A stretch of DNA of 64,000 bases from a virus. Its lineage: Duplodnaviria > Caudoviricetes. Position numbers and translations under genes: made by a program. Every line of letters starts with the position of its first letter. Position 1 is the stretch's first letter. Below are positions 18,410 through 26,094 of the stretch, in pieces. The stretch is from the IMG/VR virus record IMGVR_UViG_3300031784_000002, one strand, 5' to 3'. The notes under the pieces are model-generated. The model did not search any database and had not been told where the DNA came from. It saw only the letters and a list, made by a program, of their open reading frames with translations.

Positions 18410-19899
18410 TATTGAGTATTCATTTAGGTCATGATTCTTCCATATGTATTTTTAATAATGGTTGCGTAGAGAAATATTTTCTATTAGAGAGATTTACGAG
18501 AATAAAACATGATTACGATAAAGATATAATATTAGAGTTGGTTGATAATATTTGTAGTGAATATAATGTCGATATACTTTGTATATCTAATTTTAATGAT
18601 CATGATGATATCATATTAAAAATTCTTGAAAAATGTAGGGAATTTAATATAAATGTTGAATTGATTATGCAATCGGATCACCATTTAAATCACGCTTCTC
18701 TTGCTTTTTATAATAGTGGTTTTGATGAAAGTCTTGTTATTGTTGCTGATGGAGCTGGGTCAACAATACAAGATAACTTGGTGGAAGTAGAAAGTGTGTT
18801 TTTGTTCAATCAAAAGAATAATACTTTAATTTATAAAAACGTTGTTGAAGAATCTTCTTTTGGTGTAGGGGGATTGTATGACATTGCAGCTGTAATGATT
18901 GGAAATACTCCAGATGATTGCGGAAAAGCAATGGGACTTTCGTCGTATGGATCTTCAAATAATTTATTTGAAAATTTATTCTCGGAGAGTGGGTGGGATA
19001 TAGAACCTATAAAAAAAGTAGAAATAGAAAATTACAAACTACATGCAGATTTTTGTTATGAAGTTCAACATCAAACTCAAAAAGTAATAGGAGACTTAAT
19101 AGAAAATTATGTAAAACAAACTGACGTTAAAAAAGTTTGCATTTCTGGTGGTTATGGTATGAATATAGTCGCAAATTACTATTATCTACAACGATTTCCT
19201 AACATACAATTTTATTTTGAACCATTGTGTAATGATAATGGTGTAAGCATTGGTGCAGCAATGAATACTTACGTTGAATTATCAAAAAAAATTCCAAATT
19301 CTATTGGAACAATATATTTTCATGGATCACATTATGATCTTTCTTCATATAAAGGTACAACAACCTCAATAAAGGATATCGCCAATCTATTATATAAAAA
19401 TAAGTCTGTTGGAGTTTATACGGGTCTTGCTGAAGTTGGACAAAGAGCATTAGGTAATAGATCTATCTTATTCAATCCACTAAATCAAAATGCAAAAGAC
19501 ATTGTAAATCAAATAAAAAAAAGAGAGTGGTATCGTCCTTTTGCTTGCATGGTATTGGAGGAAGATGCCAATGTTTATTTTGATATGGGAGATATAAAAT
19601 CAAGTCCATTTATGACCATATGTTTCCCAGTAAGGTCAAAGTATGTTAAAATAATACATGGAGTAACTCATATAGATAAAACGTGTAGAATTCAAACGGT
19701 TTCTAAAACAGATGGGTACTTGTATGAACTTTTACACGAATTTAAAAAACTATCTGGATATGGAATACTTTTGAATACTAGTTTTAATTTATCCGGAGAA
19801 CCATTAGTGGAAACTCCAATGGATGCATTTAATACTTTAAACAATTCTTATTTGGATTATCTTTGGTTTGAAAAAACACGACAATTATTTAATAGCTGA
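18403..19899 (+). CDS. NodU/CmcH-type O-carbamoyltransferase
   Basis: HLGHDSS; HHLNHA; DGAG; RALGNRSIL; KKREWYRPFA; RIQTV; LLNTSFN..GEPLVET. Confidence 0.93.
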   Translation: MLILSIHLGHDSSICIFNNGCVEKYFLLERFTRIKHDYDKDIILELVDNICSEYNVDILCISNFNDHDDIILKILEKCREFNINVELIMQSDHHLNHASLAFYNSGFDESLVIVADGAGSTIQDNLVEVESVFLFNQKNNTLIYKNVVEESSFGVGGLYDIAAVMIGNTPDDCGKAMGLSSYGSSNNLFENLFSESGWDIEPIKKVEIENYKLHADFCYEVQHQTQKVIGDLIENYVKQTDVKKVCISGGYGMNIVANYYYLQRFPNIQFYFEPLCNDNGVSIGAAMNTYVELSKKIPNSIGTIYFHGSHYDLSSYKGTTTSIKDIANLLYKNKSVGVYTGLAEVGQRALGNRSILFNPLNQNAKDIVNQIKKREWYRPFACMVLEEDANVYFDMGDIKSSPFMTICFPVRSKYVKIIHGVTHIDKTCRIQTVSKTDGYLYELLHEFKKLSGYGILLNTSFNLSGEPLVETPMDAFNTLNNSYLDYLWFEKTRQLFNS

Positions 19900-19900
19900 T

Positions 19901-20089
19901 ATGGAGAACAAACAAATTCATGAATCTGGTCTCAACATTATTGAAAATCCAGATGGATCCTACGCATTTGAGTGGGATCCAAAAGACGAAAGATGGTCTT
20001 GGATGAATGGGTTGACAGATTCACAAATCAAGTCTATAGTAGAAGACATAATTGCAAAACAGTCAGAGTTTGACGCAAATGACAAGTAA
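19901..20089 (+). CDS. Hypothetical protein
   Basis: Likely start MENKQIHESG. Confidence 0.65.
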   Translation: MENKQIHESGLNIIENPDGSYAFEWDPKDERWSWMNGLTDSQIKSIVEDIIAKQSEFDANDK

Positions 20090-20792
20090 AGTGTGGGAAG
20101 TGATGAACGATCTTGAGATGATAACATCCAAGATTGTATCTGCTCGTGAGATTATTGATACCGCAGCAGAGGCAATTCAGAGAAATGAATATGATAAGGC
20201 AGAGACTCTTGCGATGGCAGCATATGAGTTTCTTGGATATTATCTGGATGAGTTTGATACAAAGTTCAAACTTGCCTGGCAGGAAACTGTAAAAAAACAA
20301 GATAAAGGATTTGAAGTAGATACCACACTTGATGATTGTATGCCACCTTGGGGTCATAGTGATTTAGAGTACGCATCTAAACACAAAGAACCTCTGAGTT
20401 GTGATAAAGATGATCCTTCCCCAGAATGTCAAGGCGCCTGGAATAGTTTCTGGGAAGATAATTATTATCAAGATTATATGATTTCTCGTAATGATCCGAC
20501 TCGACTAAAGTATGAATCGGGATGGGTTTATGAATCTCCTAATGGCGGAAAGACAATTACTAAACGTAAAGTTGGGTCTACTGAAAAGATTATTGTGAAA
20601 GAAGATAAGGTTGTTAAGTGGCAACTTCCTGTTGAGATGGATCCAAGTGGTGAATGCTTTGTTTTATTCCCAGATGATTTGTTAGAAGCAACAAATCTTA
20701 AAGAAGGTGATCAAGTAGAGTGGGTTGATAGGGGTGATGGATCCTATCTTCTTCGTAAGGTAAATGCACCACTCGGAATGGATGAGTGCTGA
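20079..20792 (+). CDS. Composite protein with C-terminal AbrB/MazE-like domain
   Basis: C-terminus WQLPVEMD...LFPDDLLEATNLKEGDQVEWVDRGDGSYLLRKV. Confidence 0.6.
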   Translation: MTSKVWEVMNDLEMITSKIVSAREIIDTAAEAIQRNEYDKAETLAMAAYEFLGYYLDEFDTKFKLAWQETVKKQDKGFEVDTTLDDCMPPWGHSDLEYASKHKEPLSCDKDDPSPECQGAWNSFWEDNYYQDYMISRNDPTRLKYESGWVYESPNGGKTITKRKVGSTEKIIVKEDKVVKWQLPVEMDPSGECFVLFPDDLLEATNLKEGDQVEWVDRGDGSYLLRKVNAPLGMDEC

Positions 20793-21046
20793 TGTACACT
20801 CTTTATGTACTGAAGGGTCTTGCTCCATTTATTGGGGCAATGTGTTTAGATAATTTTATTCGTAGACAAGGAGACCTTTGTAACTCAAAAGATTATCCTG
20901 CACAAGTAACAAAATATGATCCCCAAAGTCCAGAAAATGCCTGTTATCGAGATGGTATTTTTTATCCAAGATGTAAAGATCTAGAAAATCCAGAGGTCTT
21001 AAAGTATCACAATTTACTCAAAGCTGAAAATGACAAACTACGATAA
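20786..21046 (+). CDS. Hypothetical protein
   Basis: ORF track. Confidence 0.6.
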   Translation: MLMYTLYVLKGLAPFIGAMCLDNFIRRQGDLCNSKDYPAQVTKYDPQSPENACYRDGIFYPRCKDLENPEVLKYHNLLKAENDKLR

Positions 21047-21193
21047 ACTTGTTGACGCCATTTCAAACGAAATTTATCTTTTGAATGTTTCTCATGAAAG
21101 TTGGGATGAAGAATCTGCAAAAAACACATCTAAACGAATTCTAGAAATTGTAGAAGAATTTCAACAAAAACGATCAAATATTATTCCTTAATT

Positions 21194-21427
21194 ATGTCAT
21201 TATCCGAATCCGTCGAAACTAGTCTAAGAGAAGCAGAAGCTGCATTACGAAATGCTCTTGCTTATGCTGCCCGTCAAGAAAAACCTTTTGTGGGTAAACA
21301 CATTGCTGAAATGATTATGCAAATTGATAATCTTATTGCAGCAGATCAACTTATGGATAAACTCGAACAGAGAATGAATGGTGATGAAGATACTAAGAGG
21401 GGCCGTTGGGGTCCCTTTGGATCTTGA
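21194..21427 (+). CDS. Hypothetical protein
   Basis: ORF track. Confidence 0.7.
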   Translation: MSLSESVETSLREAEAALRNALAYAARQEKPFVGKHIAEMIMQIDNLIAADQLMDKLEQRMNGDEDTKRGRWGPFGS

Positions 21428-21456
21428 CTAGATAGTGATAGCTCATAAAAAAGGTC

Positions 21457-21933
21457 ATGCATGAGTTACCAATAGAACCCTATAAAACAGTATTGGTTTT
21501 AAATTCTAGTTATGAACCAATTAATTTTACAAACTGGAAACGGGCTATCGTTCTTCTTTTAAAGGAAAAAGCACAAGTACTTTCGAGTAGAGTCATTAGA
21601 CTCTTAGATTATGTAAAGTTGCCTATATCTAAAATTATGAACATTTCTCCTTCTCGTTCTATGATTTATAAGAGGGATAATCATACTTGCCAATACTGTG
21701 GAGCAAGGTCTAGACTCACTATAGATCATGTAATTCCTCGTTCTAAGGGAGGTGAAGATTCGTGGGAAAATTTAGTAGTGGCTTGTTCTTCATGTAATAC
21801 CAAAAAAGGTAATATACTTCTTGAACATACTGGAATGAAATTGGCTAGAAAACCAAGAGCTCCAGTTAATAAAATGATTTTTGATCTTGAAAAAACTAAC
21901 GTTGAAGAATGGAGACAGTATCATTATGAATGA
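21457..21933 (+). CDS. HNH endonuclease (McrA-like, cyanobacterial type)
   Basis: RDNHTCQYC; TIDHVIPRSKGG; WENLVVACSSCNTKKGN. Confidence 0.92.
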   Translation: MHELPIEPYKTVLVLNSSYEPINFTNWKRAIVLLLKEKAQVLSSRVIRLLDYVKLPISKIMNISPSRSMIYKRDNHTCQYCGARSRLTIDHVIPRSKGGEDSWENLVVACSSCNTKKGNILLEHTGMKLARKPRAPVNKMIFDLEKTNVEEWRQYHYE

Positions 21934-22288
21934 AAAACAACCAAACGAACTTGGTAAGGCACTAAAAGAATGGTGGGATAGTGATGCCTGTAAGAAAATG
22001 CAGAAAGAAAATGAAGAGGCAAAGCAACGTGCAGTAGGAAAGTACTTTATGCTTTCCGAAGAAGATAAACTTGATATGGTTCAGGCAATCTGCCATATTA
22101 TGTGTAAAGCAGAAAGTGAGGGGACCAGTCACAGAGGACTGATGGATGAACTTGGCATTTATCCTGTTGGGTTCTGGGTTGATCAGCTGATGGATGTCCA
22201 TAATGCTCTCTGGACATACTATCACGACAAGAAGAGGGATCAAGAACTTAAAGACGATCTTGATGCACTTGAAGAATTCATTAAGTAA
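21926..22288 (+). CDS. Hypothetical protein
   Basis: Likely start MNEKQPNEL. Confidence 0.7.
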   Translation: MNEKQPNELGKALKEWWDSDACKKMQKENEEAKQRAVGKYFMLSEEDKLDMVQAICHIMCKAESEGTSHRGLMDELGIYPVGFWVDQLMDVHNALWTYYHDKKRDQELKDDLDALEEFIK

Positions 22289-22375
22289 TGTAACTCAATC
22301 CCAAAGAGATCATTAAGTTTATAGATAGTCATATAATTGTGTGTTAGAATTTCAACACAATCAGAAGGAGATTTC

Positions 22376-22585
22376 ATGACTTATTCGCAACCAAAGACTG
22401 AACAACTTACGGATGCGGAATGGAAAGAATTGGTTGCCCTTAAAGAGGCCATTAATCAAAATCCAGCGGCAGTTCATCCAGAAAAAATGGAACTCTTTAC
22501 GGAATTGCTTGTTCGATCTTGGGATGCAAAGTGTGAACCTCCAGACATGACCAAATGGCGAACTGGTCATCCGATGGAAGAGTAA
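22376..22585 (+). CDS. Hypothetical protein
   Basis: SD GGAG before MTYSQPK. Confidence 0.7.
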   Translation: MTYSQPKTEQLTDAEWKELVALKEAINQNPAAVHPEKMELFTELLVRSWDAKCEPPDMTKWRTGHPMEE

Positions 22586-22590
22586 TTATA

Positions 22591-22619
22591 TTGACATACT
22601 TAAAATTTTAGTGTATTAT
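22591..22619 (+). promoter_or_regulatory. sigma70 promoter
   Basis: TTGACA-N17-TATTAT. Confidence 0.7.
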
Positions 22620-22665
22620 TTACTATAAATCACAACTCTAAATATTACAAAACACAACAAATGAA

Positions 22666-22902
22666 ATGAAGTTCACTGTTTATTCTAAACCTGAGTGTCC
22701 ATATTGTTATAAAGTTAAACAAGTTCTTGACCTATGTGGGAAGGACTTTGTTGTTTATACTTTAGGTGAACATTTTACAAAGAACGAATTTTACGCAGAA
22801 TTTGGAAAGGGGTCTACATTTCCGCAAGTGGTGATGGATGATAAACATATTGGGGGTTGTACTGATACAATCGAGTATCTTAAAGGACTTTCAATAATTT
22901 GA
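22666..22902 (+). CDS. nrdC: Glutaredoxin
   Basis: CPYC; TFPQV; IGGCTD. Confidence 0.92.
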   Translation: MKFTVYSKPECPYCYKVKQVLDLCGKDFVVYTLGEHFTKNEFYAEFGKGSTFPQVVMDDKHIGGCTDTIEYLKGLSII

Positions 22903-22904
22903 TT

Positions 22905-23081
22905 ATGAGTGAGCCTAAAGAGCTTCACATAAATAGAGGTGTGGAATTATTGTTAAGAAAAAGGAGGAGAGAACCTGAAGCACCAAAAACGTTTCAATTC
23001 AGTTTTGGTAAAATGGTCTCTCTCTTCAAAAGAGAGATTCATTTTTATCTAAAAGTTTCATTAGATATCAAAAAAAAGTAA
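22905..23081 (+). CDS. Conserved hypothetical protein
   Basis: HINRGVELLLR. Confidence 0.65.
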   Translation: MSEPKELHINRGVELLLRKRRREPEAPKTFQFSFGKMVSLFKREIHFYLKVSLDIKKK

Positions 23082-23099
23082 TCTCTCGGAGGTAGGGCC

Positions 23100-23324
23100 A
23101 TGACAGCACCCTTAATTGCCATCTTTTGTTTAATATCATTCATGTTCTTGATAATTGGTGGTGTAGTTGGTTGGTTATGGAAAGAACATGTAGTTTTCTC
23201 CACCCCTCAACAAGTATTTGCTCATCCAGAAATGTTTGACAATAATGGGAATCTCATTCCCGATGAAGTAATTGCAGTACGATTTGAAAATAGCTATGAC
23301 GACTACGAAGAAGACGACGACTAG
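23100..23324 (+). CDS. Small membrane protein
   Basis: TM segment, then HPEMFD.NGNL. Confidence 0.7.
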   Translation: MTAPLIAIFCLISFMFLIIGGVVGWLWKEHVVFSTPQQVFAHPEMFDNNGNLIPDEVIAVRFENSYDDYEEDDD

Positions 23325-23859
23325 TAGTGGGAGATCTACATCAACTACTACTAAAAAACCAGTTGCAAAAAAGACAACAACTCCTAAGACAACCCAAGTC
23401 GCAGAGAAGATTGAACTGACTTCAAGTTCTTACGTTCATGAAATCTTTGCGGCTGTTGTTGCGGAAAGAACTAAAGATAAAAAGATTAATATTCTTCAAC
23501 AATATAATGAAAACTTTATCAAGGCTCTTTTAATTTGGAACTTTGATCCAAGTGTTGAATCTGCCATTCCAGAAGGTGAAGTTCCTATTCAACCTAAGGA
23601 AGATGCAGATACGGCAAAACCTTCATCCAATATTCGTAAAGAATGGAGTAAGTTTTATAACTTTGTGAAAGGAGGTAATGATGCAATGAACAGACTTCGT
23701 AAAGAAACTCTGTTCATCAATCTTCTAGAATCTTTCCATCCTGGGGAAGCAGAAGTGTTATGTCTTGTAAAGGACAAAAAATTGCAAACTAAATATAATA
23801 TCACCAAAGAACTTGTTTCTGAGGCGTATCCTGACATCCAATGGGGGAATCGTTCTTGA
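23296..23859 (+). CDS. Conserved T4-like phage hypothetical protein
   Basis: Thr/Lys-rich N-terminus; FINLLESFHPGEAEVL; YNITKELVSEAYP. Confidence 0.75.
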   Translation: MTTTKKTTTSSGRSTSTTTKKPVAKKTTTPKTTQVAEKIELTSSSYVHEIFAAVVAERTKDKKINILQQYNENFIKALLIWNFDPSVESAIPEGEVPIQPKEDADTAKPSSNIRKEWSKFYNFVKGGNDAMNRLRKETLFINLLESFHPGEAEVLCLVKDKKLQTKYNITKELVSEAYPDIQWGNRS

Positions 23860-23860
23860 T

Positions 23861-24121
23861 ATGTCTGTGAATATTATTCATGGGGATTGTGATCCATCCG
23901 CTGCTAAAAATAGAGATCTGCCAAGAAATTCTTATTTGGTAGCTTATGGAGTAGACGATTCTATTCAGTATGATGTGGTTCAATGTGGATCACAGGCTGA
24001 GATTTTTAATTATTATTGGGACAAATACAGAGACGTGAGAGGTATTAAATGGACAGAGGGAACAGTGAATCCAAAAATGTGGAATTACCAACCGAAAACG
24101 GAAAAGAAGAGACCAAAGTAA
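23861..24121 (+). CDS. Conserved hypothetical protein
   Basis: Likely start MSVNIIHGDC. Confidence 0.7.
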   Translation: MSVNIIHGDCDPSAAKNRDLPRNSYLVAYGVDDSIQYDVVQCGSQAEIFNYYWDKYRDVRGIKWTEGTVNPKMWNYQPKTEKKRPK

Positions 24122-24132
24122 TTTCCGGTGAC

Positions 24133-24294
24133 ATGAATCTTGAGATGAATCTTGATGCAATCAAAGATGTGAGAAAACAATATAAGAAAATTAAAAGATA
24201 CATGCGATCCTCTATTTACACTGTAGCCATGATGGACGGGAAAGAACAAATCGTAAGTCGTTTACTAAAGGACCAGGAGGATAATCCTGCATAA
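24133..24294 (+). CDS. Hypothetical protein
   Basis: Likely start MNLEMNLD. Confidence 0.6.
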   Translation: MNLEMNLDAIKDVRKQYKKIKRYMRSSIYTVAMMDGKEQIVSRLLKDQEDNPA

Positions 24295-24621
24295 ATGGGG
24301 AAACACTATCTTCTTAACTTATTTGGATGCTCATTCGCTCACTTGAACGATGAGCATTTTCTTATGGATCTTTTAGAAAATGCAGCTGCAGCAAGTGGCG
24401 CAACTGTATGTCAAACGATCTTTAAAAAATTTGATCCACAAGGAGTTACGGTGTTGTGTTTGTTATCTGAGAGCCATATAAGTATTCATACATGGCCAGA
24501 AGATGGTAAAGCTGCATGTGATGTTTATACATGTGGAGATTGCAACCCAAAAATCGGGTGTGACATAATCATTCAACAATTAAGTGCAACAAATCATACT
24601 CTAAGTTATATTGAGAGATGA
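24295..24621 (+). CDS. speD: S-adenosylmethionine decarboxylase proenzyme (class 1b)
   Basis: GKH; GVTVLCLLSESHISIHTWPE autocleavage motif; DVYTCG. Confidence 0.92.
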   Translation: MGKHYLLNLFGCSFAHLNDEHFLMDLLENAAAASGATVCQTIFKKFDPQGVTVLCLLSESHISIHTWPEDGKAACDVYTCGDCNPKIGCDIIIQQLSATNHTLSYIER

Positions 24622-24660
24622 TATAATTACATTCTAAATAATCCTATATGGAGAATAATT

Positions 24661-24981
24661 ATGCTTTCAACGCAGTATCGTCTAAGACTTGAAGGCATTT
24701 GCAATAAAATCGTTGCTCGTGAAGAAGTAAGTCTTGACGAAATGATTTGGGCAGAAAAACTTGCAAAAGCAAATCGAACTGCAGGAACAATCTTAAGACA
24801 AGCAAGAAGAACAGCAGAAAATCCTGACATGATGAAGGGAGACATGGATGATTTTTTAAATCAACTTGACATCGGTGGTTTGGGACATGAACGATTTGGT
24901 AAGCGTGGTTTTGACGATATAGATGATATGGTTGACTGGTGGACAAAAGATAAACCCGAAGATTGGCGTCAAAGAGATTAA
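24661..24981 (+). CDS. Conserved hypothetical protein
   Basis: MLSTQYRLRLEGIC...WRQRD. Confidence 0.75.
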   Translation: MLSTQYRLRLEGICNKIVAREEVSLDEMIWAEKLAKANRTAGTILRQARRTAENPDMMKGDMDDFLNQLDIGGLGHERFGKRGFDDIDDMVDWWTKDKPEDWRQRD

Positions 24982-24984
24982 ATG

Positions 24985-25036
24985 GTAACAAATGTTACAA
25001 AAGTGGTTGACTACATAGAGTGAATAGGAGTATACT
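24985..25036 (+). promoter_or_regulatory. NtcA-like box plus sigma70 promoter
   Basis: GTA-ACAAATGT-TAC (GTA-N8-TAC; palindrome GTAACA-aa-TGTTAC) at 24985-24998; TTGACT 25007, N18, TATACT 25031. Confidence 0.6.
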
Positions 25037-25046
25037 AATCTCCTAA

Positions 25047-25298
25047 CGTTCATCCTATGACTAAAGCACTTTTGCTTTTAGCATGGGTTCCACTTCTTTC
25101 TTTTGCTTCACCACAACCTACTAAGACTGAATTTCTAGTCACAATAAGTTGTGATACAGCGTGGGAACTAATGGACATCGTTAAAAACGACGATGTAGTA
25201 CACCAAAGAAAAGAAGACCAATTGCTATTAGAACTACGAAAAGACGTAGTTACCAAGTGTTAAAACCTAATAGGACGGAAGTAAGCCGACTCGGAACG
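25047..25298 (+). ncRNA. Glutamine-II/Downstream-peptide-like aptamer 1 (ORF inside variable loop)
   Basis: CGTTCA 25047 pairs GAACG 25294; TCCTAT 25053 pairs ATAGGA 25270; then CGGAAGTAAGCCGAC. Confidence 0.65.
25057..25263 (+). CDS. 68-aa protein with signal-like N-terminus and two Cys, nested in aptamer 1
   Basis: ORF track; ATG lies in the 5' stem strand. Confidence 0.65.
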   Translation: MTKALLLLAWVPLLSFASPQPTKTEFLVTISCDTAWELMDIVKNDDVVHQRKEDQLLLELRKDVVTKC

Positions 25299-25301
25299 GA
25301 T

Positions 25302-25470
25302 CGTTCATCTATGGAAGCAATCATTCTCACTTGTTTACAAGCACAACTGATGGCAGGAAGAGTCCTTAAACACGACATTTCCAACCATGTAAAGAATGAT
25401 ATTATTTGGGAGATCAAACAGATTACCCCAAAGAATTGCCCCATAGACGCAAAAGCCGACTGAAGGAACG
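25302..25470 (+). ncRNA. Glutamine-II/Downstream-peptide-like aptamer 2 (ORF inside variable loop)
   Basis: CGTTCA 25302 pairs GAACG 25466; TCTATGG 25308 pairs CCATAGA 25441; then CGCAAAAGCCGACTGAAGGAACG. Confidence 0.7.
25311..25463 (+). CDS. 50-aa two-Cys protein nested in aptamer 2
   Basis: MEAIILTCLQAQ...ITPKNCPIDAKAD*; internal ATG of track ORF 25257..25463. Confidence 0.6.
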   Translation: MEAIILTCLQAQLMAGRVLKHDISNHVKNDIIWEIKQITPKNCPIDAKAD

Positions 25471-25503
25471 CTCTTTAACTTAAACCCCTAAGGAGAAAAC
25501 CTA

Positions 25504-25668
25504 ATGTCACAAGCAACCTATCGTGGGTGCAAGTATAATACTGACACCCCAAAACAAGAATATCAACACTGGTATTCTGAAACACATGCACCAGCACATC
25601 CACAAAATAAGTATCGTGGTGTTGCCTACCGTCCATGCAATAACTGGAACTGGGAGGAAGCAAAATGA
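25504..25668 (+). CDS. DUF4278-like small protein (two YRG motifs)
   Basis: Hand-read MSQATYRGCKY...NKYRGVAYRP...; SD AGGAG at about 25490. Confidence 0.7.
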   Translation: MSQATYRGCKYNTDTPKQEYQHWYSETHAPAHPQNKYRGVAYRPCNNWNWEEAK

Positions 25669-25763
25669 AAAAACTTAATTTTCTTCAACTCATCAAAGAT
25701 AAAAAACAAAAAGAAGATCGTCAGCATCAAGCCAAGTTAGTACAATTAATTGGTGCAAAGTAA
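25665..25763 (+). CDS. 32-aa basic helical peptide
   Basis: MKKLNFLQLIKDKKQKEDRQHQAKLVQLIGAK; ATGA coupling. Confidence 0.6.
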   Translation: MKKLNFLQLIKDKKQKEDRQHQAKLVQLIGAK

Positions 25764-25849
25764 TGGCACAATTCCTTATTTCTGCAACAGCAATGATCAC
25801 TCTATTAACTGTTGGATTCTCACTATACATTCAATGGATTTATAAATGA
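25763..25849 (+). CDS. 28-aa hydrophobic peptide
   Basis: MAQFLISATAMITLLTVGFSLYIQWIYK; TAATG coupling. Confidence 0.55.
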   Translation: MAQFLISATAMITLLTVGFSLYIQWIYK

Positions 25850-25857
25850 ATTTTTAG

Positions 25858-25884
25858 AAGGAGGGTTTACACCCTCCTTTTTTT
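25858..25884 (+). terminator. Rho-independent terminator
   Basis: AAGGAGGGT-ttac-ACCCTCCTT then T run. Confidence 0.88.
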
Positions 25885-25915
25885 GTAGTAAAATTGTAAG
25901 AGACTATGCATAATC

Positions 25916-26086
25916 ATGGACAAAGAAAGACTCAAATTAATTGTAAGAAATCTGGAGTCACTTGTATCTGCGCTCAAATCAGAAATTTATTCTGATCCAG
26001 ATTCTTATCGACAAGTAAAACAAAAAGAAGATCACATCTCAGATTACGATGAGATCTTTGAAGACGATGATGGTTACCCCGATTGA
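25916..26086 (+). CDS. Small acidic hypothetical protein upstream of thyX
   Basis: Hand-read MDKERLKLIVRNLESLV...YDEIFEDDDGYPD. Confidence 0.7.
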   Translation: MDKERLKLIVRNLESLVSALKSEIYSDPDSYRQVKQKEDHISDYDEIFEDDDGYPD

Positions 26087-26094
26087 GGACTTAA

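Noticed and set aside
21457-21933. HNH as a homing endonuclease or intron marker
   Set aside because: Free-standing, not interrupting any gene; psbA (visible part), psbD, thyX and phoH are uninterrupted
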